This document shows positions 28,361 to 37,826 of a DNA stretch of 64,000 nucleotides, piece by piece. How positions within the stretch are numbered: position 1 is the stretch's first letter; the number at the start of each line of letters is the position of its first letter. Below the pieces are notes generated by a model. The model was not told the DNA's origin. It saw only the letters and a list, made by a program, of their open reading frames with translations, and did no database searches. Both the position numbers and the translations under genes were made by a program. Where the stretch lies: the NCBI GenBank assembly GCA_965601925.1, contig OZ271854.1:32001-96000 (forward strand). The letters are read 5' to 3'. This DNA is from Alkalispirochaeta sp. (GTDB lineage Bacteria > Spirochaetota > Spirochaetia > DSM-27196 > Alkalispirochaetaceae).

Positions 28361-29424
28361 TCGGTGGGATCAAGACGATAACGAAGGGAACGGTTCTGTT
28401 GGGTGCGGTTATCGCGCTTGCCGCATGCGCGGGAGATGACGAGATCGTCCTTCCCAGTATTGACGAGGTTCATCGGACCGAAGGGGTGCCGGTCGAGGTA
28501 CGCGACGTTGCGCCGACGACGTTTCGCACGTACCTGAGCTTTACCAGCAGCCTGACCGGCGCCGCCGAATCGACCGCTGCGGCGATGCTCGAAGACGAAG
28601 TCGTGGGCGTGCTGTACCGAGTCGGCGATTACGTCGAGCAGGGTACGCCGGTAGTCGTCTTTCCGCCGGATAACCCCTCGCTCAACTACGAGCAGGCGCG
28701 CGTCGGCTTCGAGAGCGCCCGCACCGCCTACGAGCGCGTGCGCGGACTGTACGAGGACCAGGGCGTGTCGCAGCAGACGTACGACGACGCGCGGACGCAA
28801 TTCGAGATCTCCCGCGCCAACTGGGAGTCGATACAAAATATCACCCGCGTGCGCGCTCCCATCTCGGGATACGTCACGCGGATCAACGTCTTCGAGTCGG
28901 ACAACGTTTACGCCGGAGACCCCCTCTTTACCATCTCCGACCATAGTAGCCTCATCACGACCGTTTGGCTCACCGACCGCCAGGTGCGCGCGGTTACCGT
29001 CGGACAACCGGCGCGGGCGACGTGGCAGGACGTCGAGGTGACCGGAGAAGTCATTCAAGTAGATCTGGCGATGGATCACACGCGCCGCGCCTTTGCCGCG
29101 TGGCTCCGATTCTCGAACGACGATCTCGCCGTTCAGAGCGGCGTGACCGCGACGGTGGAGATCGAAACGTATCGTAATGATGAGGCGATCGTACTCAGCC
29201 AGCAGGAGGTCGTCCAAGACGAGGTCGGCTACGCGGCCTATCTCGCCCGCGAGGATCTCGCGCACCGCGTGCCGGTACGGGTCGAGCGCAGCCAAGGGCT
29301 CTTTCTCGAAGTAGTCGACGGTCTCGAGGCCGGCGACCAGCTCATCACCCGCGGTATCGCCTTCGTGGACGACGGCACACCGGTGCGTATCGTGAACCGC
29401 AGCGCGCTGTTGGTGCAGCGCTAA
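28357..29424 (+). CDS. RND efflux periplasmic adaptor (MFP) lipoprotein
   Basis: Lipobox 'LAAC', 'VGDYVEQG', helical hairpin, 'VRAPISG', 'GLEAGDQLI'. Confidence 0.9.
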   Translation: MIGGIKTITKGTVLLGAVIALAACAGDDEIVLPSIDEVHRTEGVPVEVRDVAPTTFRTYLSFTSSLTGAAESTAAAMLEDEVVGVLYRVGDYVEQGTPVVVFPPDNPSLNYEQARVGFESARTAYERVRGLYEDQGVSQQTYDDARTQFEISRANWESIQNITRVRAPISGYVTRINVFESDNVYAGDPLFTISDHSSLITTVWLTDRQVRAVTVGQPARATWQDVEVTGEVIQVDLAMDHTRRAFAAWLRFSNDDLAVQSGVTATVEIETYRNDEAIVLSQQEVVQDEVGYAAYLAREDLAHRVPVRVERSQGLFLEVVDGLEAGDQLITRGIAFVDDGTPVRIVNRSALLVQR

Positions 29425-29435
29425 AGGGGACCGCG

Positions 29436-32400
29436 ATGTTTCTTTCGGACCTTTCCATAAAGCGTCCCGTCCTCATGACGATGGTCCTAGCGGGCCTCCT
29501 TTTGTTCGGTGCGATCGGCTTCACCAATCTACCGCTCAACTTGATGCCCGAGGTGGAGATACCCTTCGTGACCGTGCAGACGGTCTATCCCGGGGCGAGC
29601 CCCGAGCAGATCGAGACGCAGATTACCGAACGCATCGAGGACGAAATCAGCACGCTCAGCCAGATACGGGGCATTCAATCGTTCAGCCTCAACAGCGCCT
29701 CGGTGATCATCGTCGAGTTTGAGCTGGCGAAGGATGTCAACGTCGCGACGCAAGAGGTCAAAGACCGCGTCGATCTGATCGTCAACGATTTTCCCGCCGA
29801 CGCCGAGACGCCGGTGGTAGAACGTTTCGACATTACCGCCCTGCCGATCGTCGACATCGTCATGAGCGGCGATATCGATCCGGTGGAACTGGGCAGCCTG
29901 GCGGAGAATACCGTGCGCGATCAACTCTCCAGAATCGCCGGCGTCGGAAGCGTATCGGTGGCCGGTGAGCGGGAGCGGGAAATACGCGTCGAGTTCGACA
30001 ACCGCACGGTGTACGAAAACTCGATCAGCCTGGCGCAGGTCGCACAGGTGCTTGCGGCGGCCAACCTCGACATGCCCGGCGGCTCCATCCAGTCGCAGAA
30101 CATGGACTTCGCCGTGCGCCTCGACGGTGAGTTTCAGGCGATCGATGAGTTGGCGGAGCTCGACATTCCCACCGCCGCGGGCCTTCGCCGGTTGGGAACG
30201 ATCGCAACGATCAGCGATACCGGCGAGGACGTTCGCGAGCGCACGACCTTCTTCGACAACACCGCGGGGATGCGCGATGAGAATACGGTGCTCCTCGGCG
30301 TTATCCGGAGTCCCGACGGCAACACGGTCGATATAGCGCGCGAAGTTGCGGCGAGCATTCCCGGCATCCAGGCGCAACTTCCCCCGGAGGTCTCCCTCCG
30401 GATCGTTTCCGACGAGTCGATCGAGGTTCGTGATTCGGTTAACGACACGCTTACGAACATCGTGCTGGGTATCGCCCTCACCTCGTTGGTACTCCTCTTC
30501 TTTCTCCACGACCTGCGCTCGACGGTGATCGTCGCCCTGGCGATGCCGATGTCGATCATTCCGACCTTCTTCACCATGAACGCCCTGAGTATGTCGCTCA
30601 ATCTTATGTCCCTCATGGGTATCTCGACGGCGGTCGGTGTCCTGGTCATGAACTCAGTCGTCGTTATCGAGAACATCTTTCGCCACCGAAGCATGGGGCA
30701 CGATCGTACAACGGCCGCCGCGAAGGGCACCTCCGAGGTCGTCGTAGCGGTCGTCGCATCGACGTTGACCAACATCGCCGTCTTTTTACCGATGGCTAAC
30801 ATGCGCGGCTTGGCGGGTCTGTTCCTGCGTGAGTTCGCCCTTGCGGTATCGTTTGCCACGATCTTCTCGTTGCTCATCTCGTTCACGCTGACCCCGATGC
30901 TCGCCTCGCGCCTCTTGCCGCTTCACGACACCAAGAAACACCCCATCGGCGACTTTTTGGAGCGCGGATTCAGCGGCTTGGAACGGGGCTACAAGACGGC
31001 GCTCTCGACGATTCTCCGTAGCCGCGGTCGCAGCGCCTTGGTCGTCGTCGCAACCTTCGGCGTCTTCGTTCTCACTCTCATGCAGTTCGGGAGGATTCCG
31101 TTCGAGTTTCAGCCGGCCCAGGACTTCGGCCGCCTGGGTGTGGAGGTGGAGCTTCCCGAGGGCACGGATCTCGATTCTACGGCACACCTGATGCGCGAAG
31201 TCGAACATCGCCTTGCCGCGCACGCCGAAGTGGAGACGATCGTCACCTCCCTGGGATCGACCTCGGGGACCGACATCGGCACCAATCTGGCGACTGCGAG
31301 CATCGAACTGGTAGACAAGGAGCTCCGGGACGGCGACCGGATCGTCGCGGCGCGCATGGCTCTCGACCTGGAGGATATACCGGGAGCGAGCATCGAGGTC
31401 GGCCCGCAAGCCAACGAGATGGAGTCGGGAGCGGCGGTCCTCTTCTACATACAGGGCGAGGAGACCGATACGCTGGCCGGCATCGCCCGCGACCTCCGAC
31501 CGCAGCTCCAGCGGATACCGGGACTCATCAACGTCGATATCTCGACGCGTCCCGGTAGCCCGGAGGTGGTGCTCTACCCCGATCGTCTCAAGCTCAATGA
31601 GGTCGGTCTGACGGTCCACGATCTCGCGATGACCATGCGCGCGGCGGTGGAGGGTATCGTGCTGACGACCTTCCGCGACGGCGGCGAGGAGTACGACATT
31701 CGCGTGACGCTCAGCGACGAGGATGTAGCAGGCTACGACCAGATCGCCAACATCGTAATCCCGACCACCACCGGGCTCTTCCCCCTGGGTCACTTCGCCG
31801 AGGTGGAGGTCGGCCAGGGAATCAATCAGATTCTGCGCGAGGACCGTATCCAAGCGGTCGAGGTAACCGCCGACCTATCACCGGGCTTCGTCTTCGGTGA
31901 GGTGAGCGCTCCGATCGAGGAGACGGTCGCGGCGATGAACATGCCCGAAGGATACCGACTGACGTGGGGCGGTGACGCCGAGCTTCTGGAAGAGACGGTG
32001 CAGGAGTTCATCTTCGTGTTCATCTTGGCGGTCATCCTCACCTATATGCTCCTGGCGGCGATATTGGAAAAGTTCGGTCAGCCGCTCTTGATTCTCTCGA
32101 CCGTTCCGCTGTCGCTCATCGGCGTCATTATCGCCTTTCTGTTGACCGGACGCACGATGAATATCGTCTCGATGCTGGCGATCGTCATGTTGGTGGGGCT
32201 CGTCGTCAACAACGCGATTCTGATTCTCGAGTACGCCAATCAGCTGAAGAGCCGCGGCAAGAGCGTCCGCGAGGCGTTGATCGAAGCGGCGCCGACCAAG
32301 CTCAAACCGATTCTCATGGGCAACATCGCTACGATGCTGGGAATGCTCCCGATGGCGTTGGGTATCGGCGCCTCCGGCGCGGAGATGCGTCAACCGATGG

Positions 32401-32528
32401 GCATCGTCTCCATCGGCGGCCTCTTCGCCGCGACGTTCCTGTCGTTGTTCGTGATACCGGCGTTGGAAGTAACGCTCGCGCGGAAGCCGAGACGATCGTC
32501 GCTCGAGGGCGCGCCGGCCGAAGGATAG
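29436..32528 (+). CDS. RND efflux permease (AcrB/HAE1 family)
   Basis: 'SIKRPV', 'YPGASPE', 'VVVIENIFRH', 'SFTLTPML', 'KPILM..LGMLPMAL'; 1030 aa. Confidence 0.95.
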   Translation: MFLSDLSIKRPVLMTMVLAGLLLFGAIGFTNLPLNLMPEVEIPFVTVQTVYPGASPEQIETQITERIEDEISTLSQIRGIQSFSLNSASVIIVEFELAKDVNVATQEVKDRVDLIVNDFPADAETPVVERFDITALPIVDIVMSGDIDPVELGSLAENTVRDQLSRIAGVGSVSVAGEREREIRVEFDNRTVYENSISLAQVAQVLAAANLDMPGGSIQSQNMDFAVRLDGEFQAIDELAELDIPTAAGLRRLGTIATISDTGEDVRERTTFFDNTAGMRDENTVLLGVIRSPDGNTVDIAREVAASIPGIQAQLPPEVSLRIVSDESIEVRDSVNDTLTNIVLGIALTSLVLLFFLHDLRSTVIVALAMPMSIIPTFFTMNALSMSLNLMSLMGISTAVGVLVMNSVVVIENIFRHRSMGHDRTTAAAKGTSEVVVAVVASTLTNIAVFLPMANMRGLAGLFLREFALAVSFATIFSLLISFTLTPMLASRLLPLHDTKKHPIGDFLERGFSGLERGYKTALSTILRSRGRSALVVVATFGVFVLTLMQFGRIPFEFQPAQDFGRLGVEVELPEGTDLDSTAHLMREVEHRLAAHAEVETIVTSLGSTSGTDIGTNLATASIELVDKELRDGDRIVAARMALDLEDIPGASIEVGPQANEMESGAAVLFYIQGEETDTLAGIARDLRPQLQRIPGLINVDISTRPGSPEVVLYPDRLKLNEVGLTVHDLAMTMRAAVEGIVLTTFRDGGEEYDIRVTLSDEDVAGYDQIANIVIPTTTGLFPLGHFAEVEVGQGINQILREDRIQAVEVTADLSPGFVFGEVSAPIEETVAAMNMPEGYRLTWGGDAELLEETVQEFIFVFILAVILTYMLLAAILEKFGQPLLILSTVPLSLIGVIIAFLLTGRTMNIVSMLAIVMLVGLVVNNAILILEYANQLKSRGKSVREALIEAAPTKLKPILMGNIATMLGMLPMALGIGASGAEMRQPMGIVSIGGLFAATFLSLFVIPALEVTLARKPRRSSLEGAPAEG

Positions 32529-32600
32529 TCGGTGGACGTCTCCCGCGCCGCGGTCGAAATCCGTCGCGCGGGACGGCACCATGAAAGGACACTACGAACC

Positions 32601-34013
32601 ATGAAACAGCACACCCCATCCCCCGCGGGAGGAAGAGCACTGCGCCGCGAGGGCCGGCTCGTCCGATGCATCATCGCGATACTCTTCGTCGTCTCATCGA
32701 CGGGAGTCGCGGCCCAGGAGGTGACCCTCGAACTCGAGGCGTTTCTCATACGGGTCGAGGCCGAAAGCCTGCAGCTCGAACAGTTTCGCACCGACCGCGA
32801 TCTCGCCTCGATACAAGAGGAGTTGGCGCGCTCGCAGATTTTTCCCTTTATCGGAGGGGAGGTCGGATATACCCGAAACTTCCTCGATATCGAACAAGAC
32901 TTTGCCGTGGCAGCCGACTCGAACGATCCGATCGGCGGAGCCGGGAGCGGTATCTTTCCCCTCCTCACCGAGCCGGTCGACGTGAACTCCGACAACGACT
33001 ACTCCTTCGGTGTCTCGCTCCAACAACGACTCTTCGACGTGACCGTCTTTCGTGCGATCGAGGCGAGCGGACAGTTCACGAATCTCACCGGAACGGTGTA
33101 CGAGGCGAGTCGTCAACGTATCCTCACCGGCGCCAAGCAGCTCTTCTTTCAAACCCTCCTGCTCGAGGAGGTGTTGGCGGTGCGGCGAGCCTCCGAGGAG
33201 ATCGCCCGCGAGAACTTCGTCGATACGCAGCGTCGCTTGGATAACGGACTCGCGTCACCGCTGGAGGTACTGCAGGCGGAGGTCAACTGGCGCATTACGC
33301 AACCGGAGACGAGCCAGGCGCAACGCAACCTCAACGTTGCGTTGCAGAACCTGAAAAACTTCGCCGGTCTATCGCAGGCGGACGCGGTTGTCCTCGAAGG
33401 GACGCTTGACTCCTATCCACCACTCCCCTCCTTCGACGACGCCTTTGACGAGCGCGCCGACCGCCCCGACTACCGGGCGCTCCTCTCCGAGCGTCGCCTG
33501 CGGGAGATCAACATCGACGCCCAGCGCGCGCAGTTTTACCCCAGCCTCTCGGCGCAACTCACCTACGGTTGGCAAGCGAGCGACGACGGATTTGATCTCG
33601 GCGACCCGACGGACTCGTTTTCGGCCGGTCTCGTGCTCACGGTTCCGATCTTTTTCGGCGGGAGTCGTTTCTCGCTCCTCGACGAGGCGCGTCTGGAACT
33701 GCGGCAGGTCGATACTCGAATCGCCCTCGCCGACGAGACGATCGCCACCGAGATCGAGACGATACGGCTCGTGCTCGAGGAGGCCGCCGTACGTATCGAA
33801 TCGGCGTTACAAACCTTGGCGACCGCCGAGCGCGCCTTTGAAGTGACCGAGACGTCGTTGGAGAACGGTTTGGCAACACAACTCGACCTTGAGGACGCAC
33901 GCGTCAACTTGGAGCAGGCGCGGCTCAACCACTTGGCGGCGGTCTTCGACTACCTGAGCGCGTACTTCGACTGGCAGCTCGCCACCGGGCGCGGTGATGA
34001 AGGGCTCGGATAA
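32601..34013 (+). CDS. TolC-family outer membrane efflux protein
   Basis: Two OEP repeats ('GLASPLEVLQA', 'GLATQLDLEDA'), 'RPDYRA', 'FYPSLS'; start uncertain (32532 GTG or 32601 ATG). Confidence 0.88.
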   Translation: MKQHTPSPAGGRALRREGRLVRCIIAILFVVSSTGVAAQEVTLELEAFLIRVEAESLQLEQFRTDRDLASIQEELARSQIFPFIGGEVGYTRNFLDIEQDFAVAADSNDPIGGAGSGIFPLLTEPVDVNSDNDYSFGVSLQQRLFDVTVFRAIEASGQFTNLTGTVYEASRQRILTGAKQLFFQTLLLEEVLAVRRASEEIARENFVDTQRRLDNGLASPLEVLQAEVNWRITQPETSQAQRNLNVALQNLKNFAGLSQADAVVLEGTLDSYPPLPSFDDAFDERADRPDYRALLSERRLREINIDAQRAQFYPSLSAQLTYGWQASDDGFDLGDPTDSFSAGLVLTVPIFFGGSRFSLLDEARLELRQVDTRIALADETIATEIETIRLVLEEAAVRIESALQTLATAERAFEVTETSLENGLATQLDLEDARVNLEQARLNHLAAVFDYLSAYFDWQLATGRGDEGLG

Positions 34014-35109
34014 GGCCGGCGGCCGATCTCCGGCAGTACCGCCCCTTCACGCGATCGGGAATCTCGTCCTCGACGCCTTCTACGCGCAGCGGAGCGACGA
34101 TGACTCGGATACTCGGATAGAGGTACCGACCGGGCCGGTCCACGTCTCCGCCGCTGAGCTCGACACGTGGTGGACAGAGCTTCCGCGCGAACGGATGGTT
34201 ATGCGCGCCGGTGGAGCGCCGGGGAATGTCGCCCGCGCCTTGGCCGCCTTGAACACGCCGTGCATCGTCCACGGCATGGTGGGACAAGATTGCGCAGGAG
34301 AGCGCTATAGACGACTTCTGTCCCAGGTCGGCGTCACGCTCGCCTCCGGTTCGCAGCCGGCGGTCGCGACGGGACGATCGGTCACCCGCTACAGACCGCG
34401 TCGGGTACACGACGCGCGCTTGCGCATTCAACCGCCGCCGCCCCTTTCGCTACCGTTCTGGGAGCAATTTCTCTCCGCCGTCGAAGCGACCTCCCGAACC
34501 GCGTCCACCGCCGGGGTCGTGTATATCGACGGATATCTCATCGGAACGGCGCTCCACCGGATGCGCGATCACGGGAAGGAACGGCGGGGACGGTCGCACC
34601 ACATGGAGCCGCAGGATATCGTCACCGCCGTAGCGCATCTACGCGAACTGGGTTTCGCCCTCGCATTCGACTTGGCGCACTGGGCAATTGCCGCCGCTGC
34701 GCCGGACACGGTTCTAGCGGCGATACACACCGTGCTGGGCGGCGCCCCCGGGTCGGTGGTGTTCGCCAAACCGGAGGAGCTGGAGCCGCTTGGCGGCCTG
34801 CCGACCGTATTGACGCAACGCGTTCGAGGCGGCGAGCAGTACCGCGGCGTACTGGTGCTCAAAGAGGGAGCGCTGGGCTGTAGTGTCTACGCGCCCCGGC
34901 TCGGCGAGGAATCCGACGGCCGTTTCGAGCCCATCTCGTATCGCGGCATCCCGGCCGATACGGTCGAAGCGACGGGGCGCGGCGACTGCTTCGCCGCCGG
35001 CTGGCTCGCCTCGGCGCTCCGAGGTCACTCGCTCTACGAGTGCGCCGCAGCGGCATATCGCGCTGCGGCCTTGTGTAGCGGCGTGCCCGGCGCTATGCTC
35101 CCGGTATGA
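33997..35109 (+). CDS. Divergent PfkB/ribokinase-family kinase
   Basis: 'GGAPGNVARALAAL', 'GMVGQDCAG', 'LKEGALG', 'EATGRGDCFAAG'. Confidence 0.7.
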   Translation: MKGSDKAGGRSPAVPPLHAIGNLVLDAFYAQRSDDDSDTRIEVPTGPVHVSAAELDTWWTELPRERMVMRAGGAPGNVARALAALNTPCIVHGMVGQDCAGERYRRLLSQVGVTLASGSQPAVATGRSVTRYRPRRVHDARLRIQPPPPLSLPFWEQFLSAVEATSRTASTAGVVYIDGYLIGTALHRMRDHGKERRGRSHHMEPQDIVTAVAHLRELGFALAFDLAHWAIAAAAPDTVLAAIHTVLGGAPGSVVFAKPEELEPLGGLPTVLTQRVRGGEQYRGVLVLKEGALGCSVYAPRLGEESDGRFEPISYRGIPADTVEATGRGDCFAAGWLASALRGHSLYECAAAAYRAAALCSGVPGAMLPV

Positions 35110-35693
35110 GCCGATCCGATCTGTTGATTCCCGCCGCAAGTAAACGCGGCGCTATGCTCGAGACGTTTTTCGTGGCGGCGACCGTCGCGCTACCGGTCCT
35201 GAGTCACGCCCTCGGATGGGACGGCGCGGTGTGGCTTCCCATGCATTGGGGAGTGCTTGCCGCCTCGATTACCGTCGGACCGCTTGCGGGTCTCGCCATC
35301 GGGCTGGCCGCGCCGCCTCTCAACGCGCTGTTGACCGGGTTACCGCCGGCGCCGATCGTCCCGGCGATGATGCTGGAGCTTGCGGTCTACGGATGTATCC
35401 CCGGCGTGGCGCTCCGCATCACGTATCGCGGTACGCGCTCCGCGGCCGGAACGGCGATAGTTGTCGCCGGCGCACTGATCGCAGGTCAGCTCATCGGCAG
35501 GGCGGCGTTTCTCGCGGGCATGCTCGTGACCGGCGGCTCGGGACCCGCGGCGGCGCTTTCGACGGCTCCCCTTGCGTTCTTGCGCTCCGCGTTCGCCTCC
35601 GGGCTATCGGCCGCTGCAGCCCAAGTCGTCGTCCTGTCCGCCGCATTCGTTGCGGCTCGACGCATGACGTCCGACATCGCCGGTCGGAGGTAA
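35106..35693 (+). CDS. ECF transporter S component
   Basis: 'LPMHWGVL...GP..G..IG..AP.LN.LLTGLPP...MMLEL.VYG'; hydrophobic; alternative start ATG 35154. Confidence 0.75.
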   Translation: MSRSDLLIPAASKRGAMLETFFVAATVALPVLSHALGWDGAVWLPMHWGVLAASITVGPLAGLAIGLAAPPLNALLTGLPPAPIVPAMMLELAVYGCIPGVALRITYRGTRSAAGTAIVVAGALIAGQLIGRAAFLAGMLVTGGSGPAAALSTAPLAFLRSAFASGLSAAAAQVVVLSAAFVAARRMTSDIAGRR

Positions 35694-35828
35694 CGAACCG
35701 CGCCGCGTTCGACACGTTCGGCCGCGGCCCATCTCCTCTATCTCGACAACCGAACATATCTCGCGTGCTATGTGCCGACGGCCCGCGGGTGACTGGGTGT
35801 GCCACGCCTTCGAACCGCGATTCGACGC

Positions 35829-35865
35829 TTGATTTGATTTCAAATGAAAGTTATATTGATTTCAT
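35829..35865 (+). promoter_or_regulatory. Promoter and operator-like repeats of the GRE operon
   Basis: TTGATT-17-TATATT; TTGATTTCA at 35834 and 35856 (22 bp apart); inverted ATGAAA..TTTCAT; then AAGGAG RBS. Confidence 0.6.
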
Positions 35866-35877
35866 AAGGAGCATTCT

Positions 35878-36672
35878 ATGGGCGAAAAACGGATCGGATC
35901 GATCGACAAGCGCGTCAAAATAGCGGCGGGACTCTTCTGGGCCGACTACGGATACCTCGCCGACACGGTGGGAGAACTGGAAGCGGGCGGCGTCGACTGG
36001 ATCCATATGGAGATGCGCGACGGCGAGTACATGCAGTTTAACGTTCCTCGCGGGGGCATCGACATACTGACCGGCGTCAGGCCGTACACCGACCTGGAGA
36101 TCGAGGTCCAACTCCAAATGGTGCGCCCTACCCTCGACCTCTATCGCCAACTCGCCGATGCGGGTGCCGACCTCATCACCATTCCGATCGAACACGCCGG
36201 GGAGACCCTGATCGAGCACATCACCTTCGTGAAGGAGCTGGGTCTCAAGGTCGGCGTGTGGGGCTGGCAGGGCCTGCCGACGGTCTTTTTTGACCAATGC
36301 ATTCCCTTCGTAGACGTGATCGAGTACGAATGTCGCTATCCTTTTTGGGCGCCCGTCAAAGGGGGTCGAAGTCCCCACGTGATGGATCCGATCATCGAGG
36401 AGACGATCGACGAGCTGTACGGCATGCTCCGTCGGCGCAATCGCGAGACCGAAGTGGAGCTCATGGAGGACGGGGGGCTCAACACCGGCAACCTCGAATC
36501 GTTCGTCAAACGCGGTATGAGCGTCGGCGAGTTCTCCTCCCCACTCCTTAAGGGGCCGAAGGGCAGGTTCAAGCCCGGGGAAGGGGATATCACCGCCGCC
36601 GCCCGGGCGCTCCGGTCGCACTTGGACGGGCTGGCCGAGCGGTACCGCGCCGACGACGGTAGTCTGAAATGA
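35878..36672 (+). CDS. Ribulose-phosphate 3-epimerase-family protein with a remodelled active site
   Basis: Alignable to Rpe: 'ADYGYL', 'DWIHMEMRDG', 'AGADLIT', 'LMEDGGLN'; several catalytic-motif substitutions. Confidence 0.8.
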   Translation: MGEKRIGSIDKRVKIAAGLFWADYGYLADTVGELEAGGVDWIHMEMRDGEYMQFNVPRGGIDILTGVRPYTDLEIEVQLQMVRPTLDLYRQLADAGADLITIPIEHAGETLIEHITFVKELGLKVGVWGWQGLPTVFFDQCIPFVDVIEYECRYPFWAPVKGGRSPHVMDPIIEETIDELYGMLRRRNRETEVELMEDGGLNTGNLESFVKRGMSVGEFSSPLLKGPKGRFKPGEGDITAAARALRSHLDGLAERYRADDGSLK

Positions 36673-37814
36673 ACGCCGCGACCAACATTGCCGTCATGGG
36701 CTACGGAATGATCGGGCGCCTCCACAGCCTCAACTACAAGGAGTTACCGTTTCTCTATCCCGGCACTATTCCCGCTCCGACTCTACACACCGTGTGTACT
36801 TCCCGCGACGAGAGCGCCGAGGCGGCCCGACGAGAGGCGGGTTTCCTGTCGGCGCGAACCGATATCGATGACGTCTTGGCCGACGGTGCGATCGATGTAG
36901 TAGACGTGTCGCTGCCCAACGGGCTCCATCGCGAGGTGATCGAGAAGGCCCTGAGCGCGGGAAAACACGTGTACTGCGAGAAGCCGCTGGCGGGAACCAT
37001 TGAGGACGCACGCGCCATCGCCCGCGTCGCCGCCACCGCGACCGCGAAGTTCGGTATGGTCTTCCAATACCGCTTCGTGCCGGCGCTCGTCAGGGCGCGG
37101 CAGCTCATCGACGAGGGGCGATTGGGTCGCATTTTCACCTTCCGCGCCGAGTACCTCCACTCGGGGTACCAAAACCCGAAGCGCCCGTTGAGTTGGCGTA
37201 TGAAAAAGGAAGCGGGCGGTTCCGGGGCGCTCGGCGACCTCGGCTCTCATGTGATCGACTTGGTACGGTACCTCGTCGGCGACTTTGACTCGCTCCAAGG
37301 TCATCTGGAGACCTTCATCCCCGAGCGTCCCGTGGCTGCGGACTCCCATGAGACGGGAACGGTTACGGTGGACGACGTGGCGTGGATACGCGCACGCATG
37401 AAAAACGGCGCGGTGGGTACCATCGAGGCGTCGCGGTTCGCCACCGGCACACTCGACGATCTGCGCATAGCCGTATACGGTGAGAAGGGCGCTTTCTCCT
37501 TCGATCTCATGGACCCGAGCTTTCTCTACTGGTTTGACGAGGGAAGTCCGGGAGGGGCGTACGGTGGGAGCCGCGGATGGCAACGCATCGAGTCGGTCAG
37601 TTACTACCCCGGAGCCAAGACGCCGCCGGCGCGTGCGCCCATCGGCTGGATACGCTCCCACGCGGAGAACCAGTATCGTTTTCTCTTGGCCGTCGCCGAA
37701 GGACGCGATCCCTCGCCGGGGATCGTCGACGGGCTCAAGGCGCAGCTGGTGATCGATGCGGCGGAGCGTTCCGCCGCCGACGCCGGACGGTGGATCGAGG
37801 TTGAACAGGAGTAA
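36669..37814 (+). CDS. Gfo/Idh/MocA-family oxidoreductase
   Basis: 'GYGMIG', 'GKHVYCEKPLA', 'FQYRF.PA', 'GSGALGDLGSHVID'. Confidence 0.92.
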   Translation: MNAATNIAVMGYGMIGRLHSLNYKELPFLYPGTIPAPTLHTVCTSRDESAEAARREAGFLSARTDIDDVLADGAIDVVDVSLPNGLHREVIEKALSAGKHVYCEKPLAGTIEDARAIARVAATATAKFGMVFQYRFVPALVRARQLIDEGRLGRIFTFRAEYLHSGYQNPKRPLSWRMKKEAGGSGALGDLGSHVIDLVRYLVGDFDSLQGHLETFIPERPVAADSHETGTVTVDDVAWIRARMKNGAVGTIEASRFATGTLDDLRIAVYGEKGAFSFDLMDPSFLYWFDEGSPGGAYGGSRGWQRIESVSYYPGAKTPPARAPIGWIRSHAENQYRFLLAVAEGRDPSPGIVDGLKAQLVIDAAERSAADAGRWIEVEQE

Positions 37815-37826
37815 CGAGGAGGGAGT

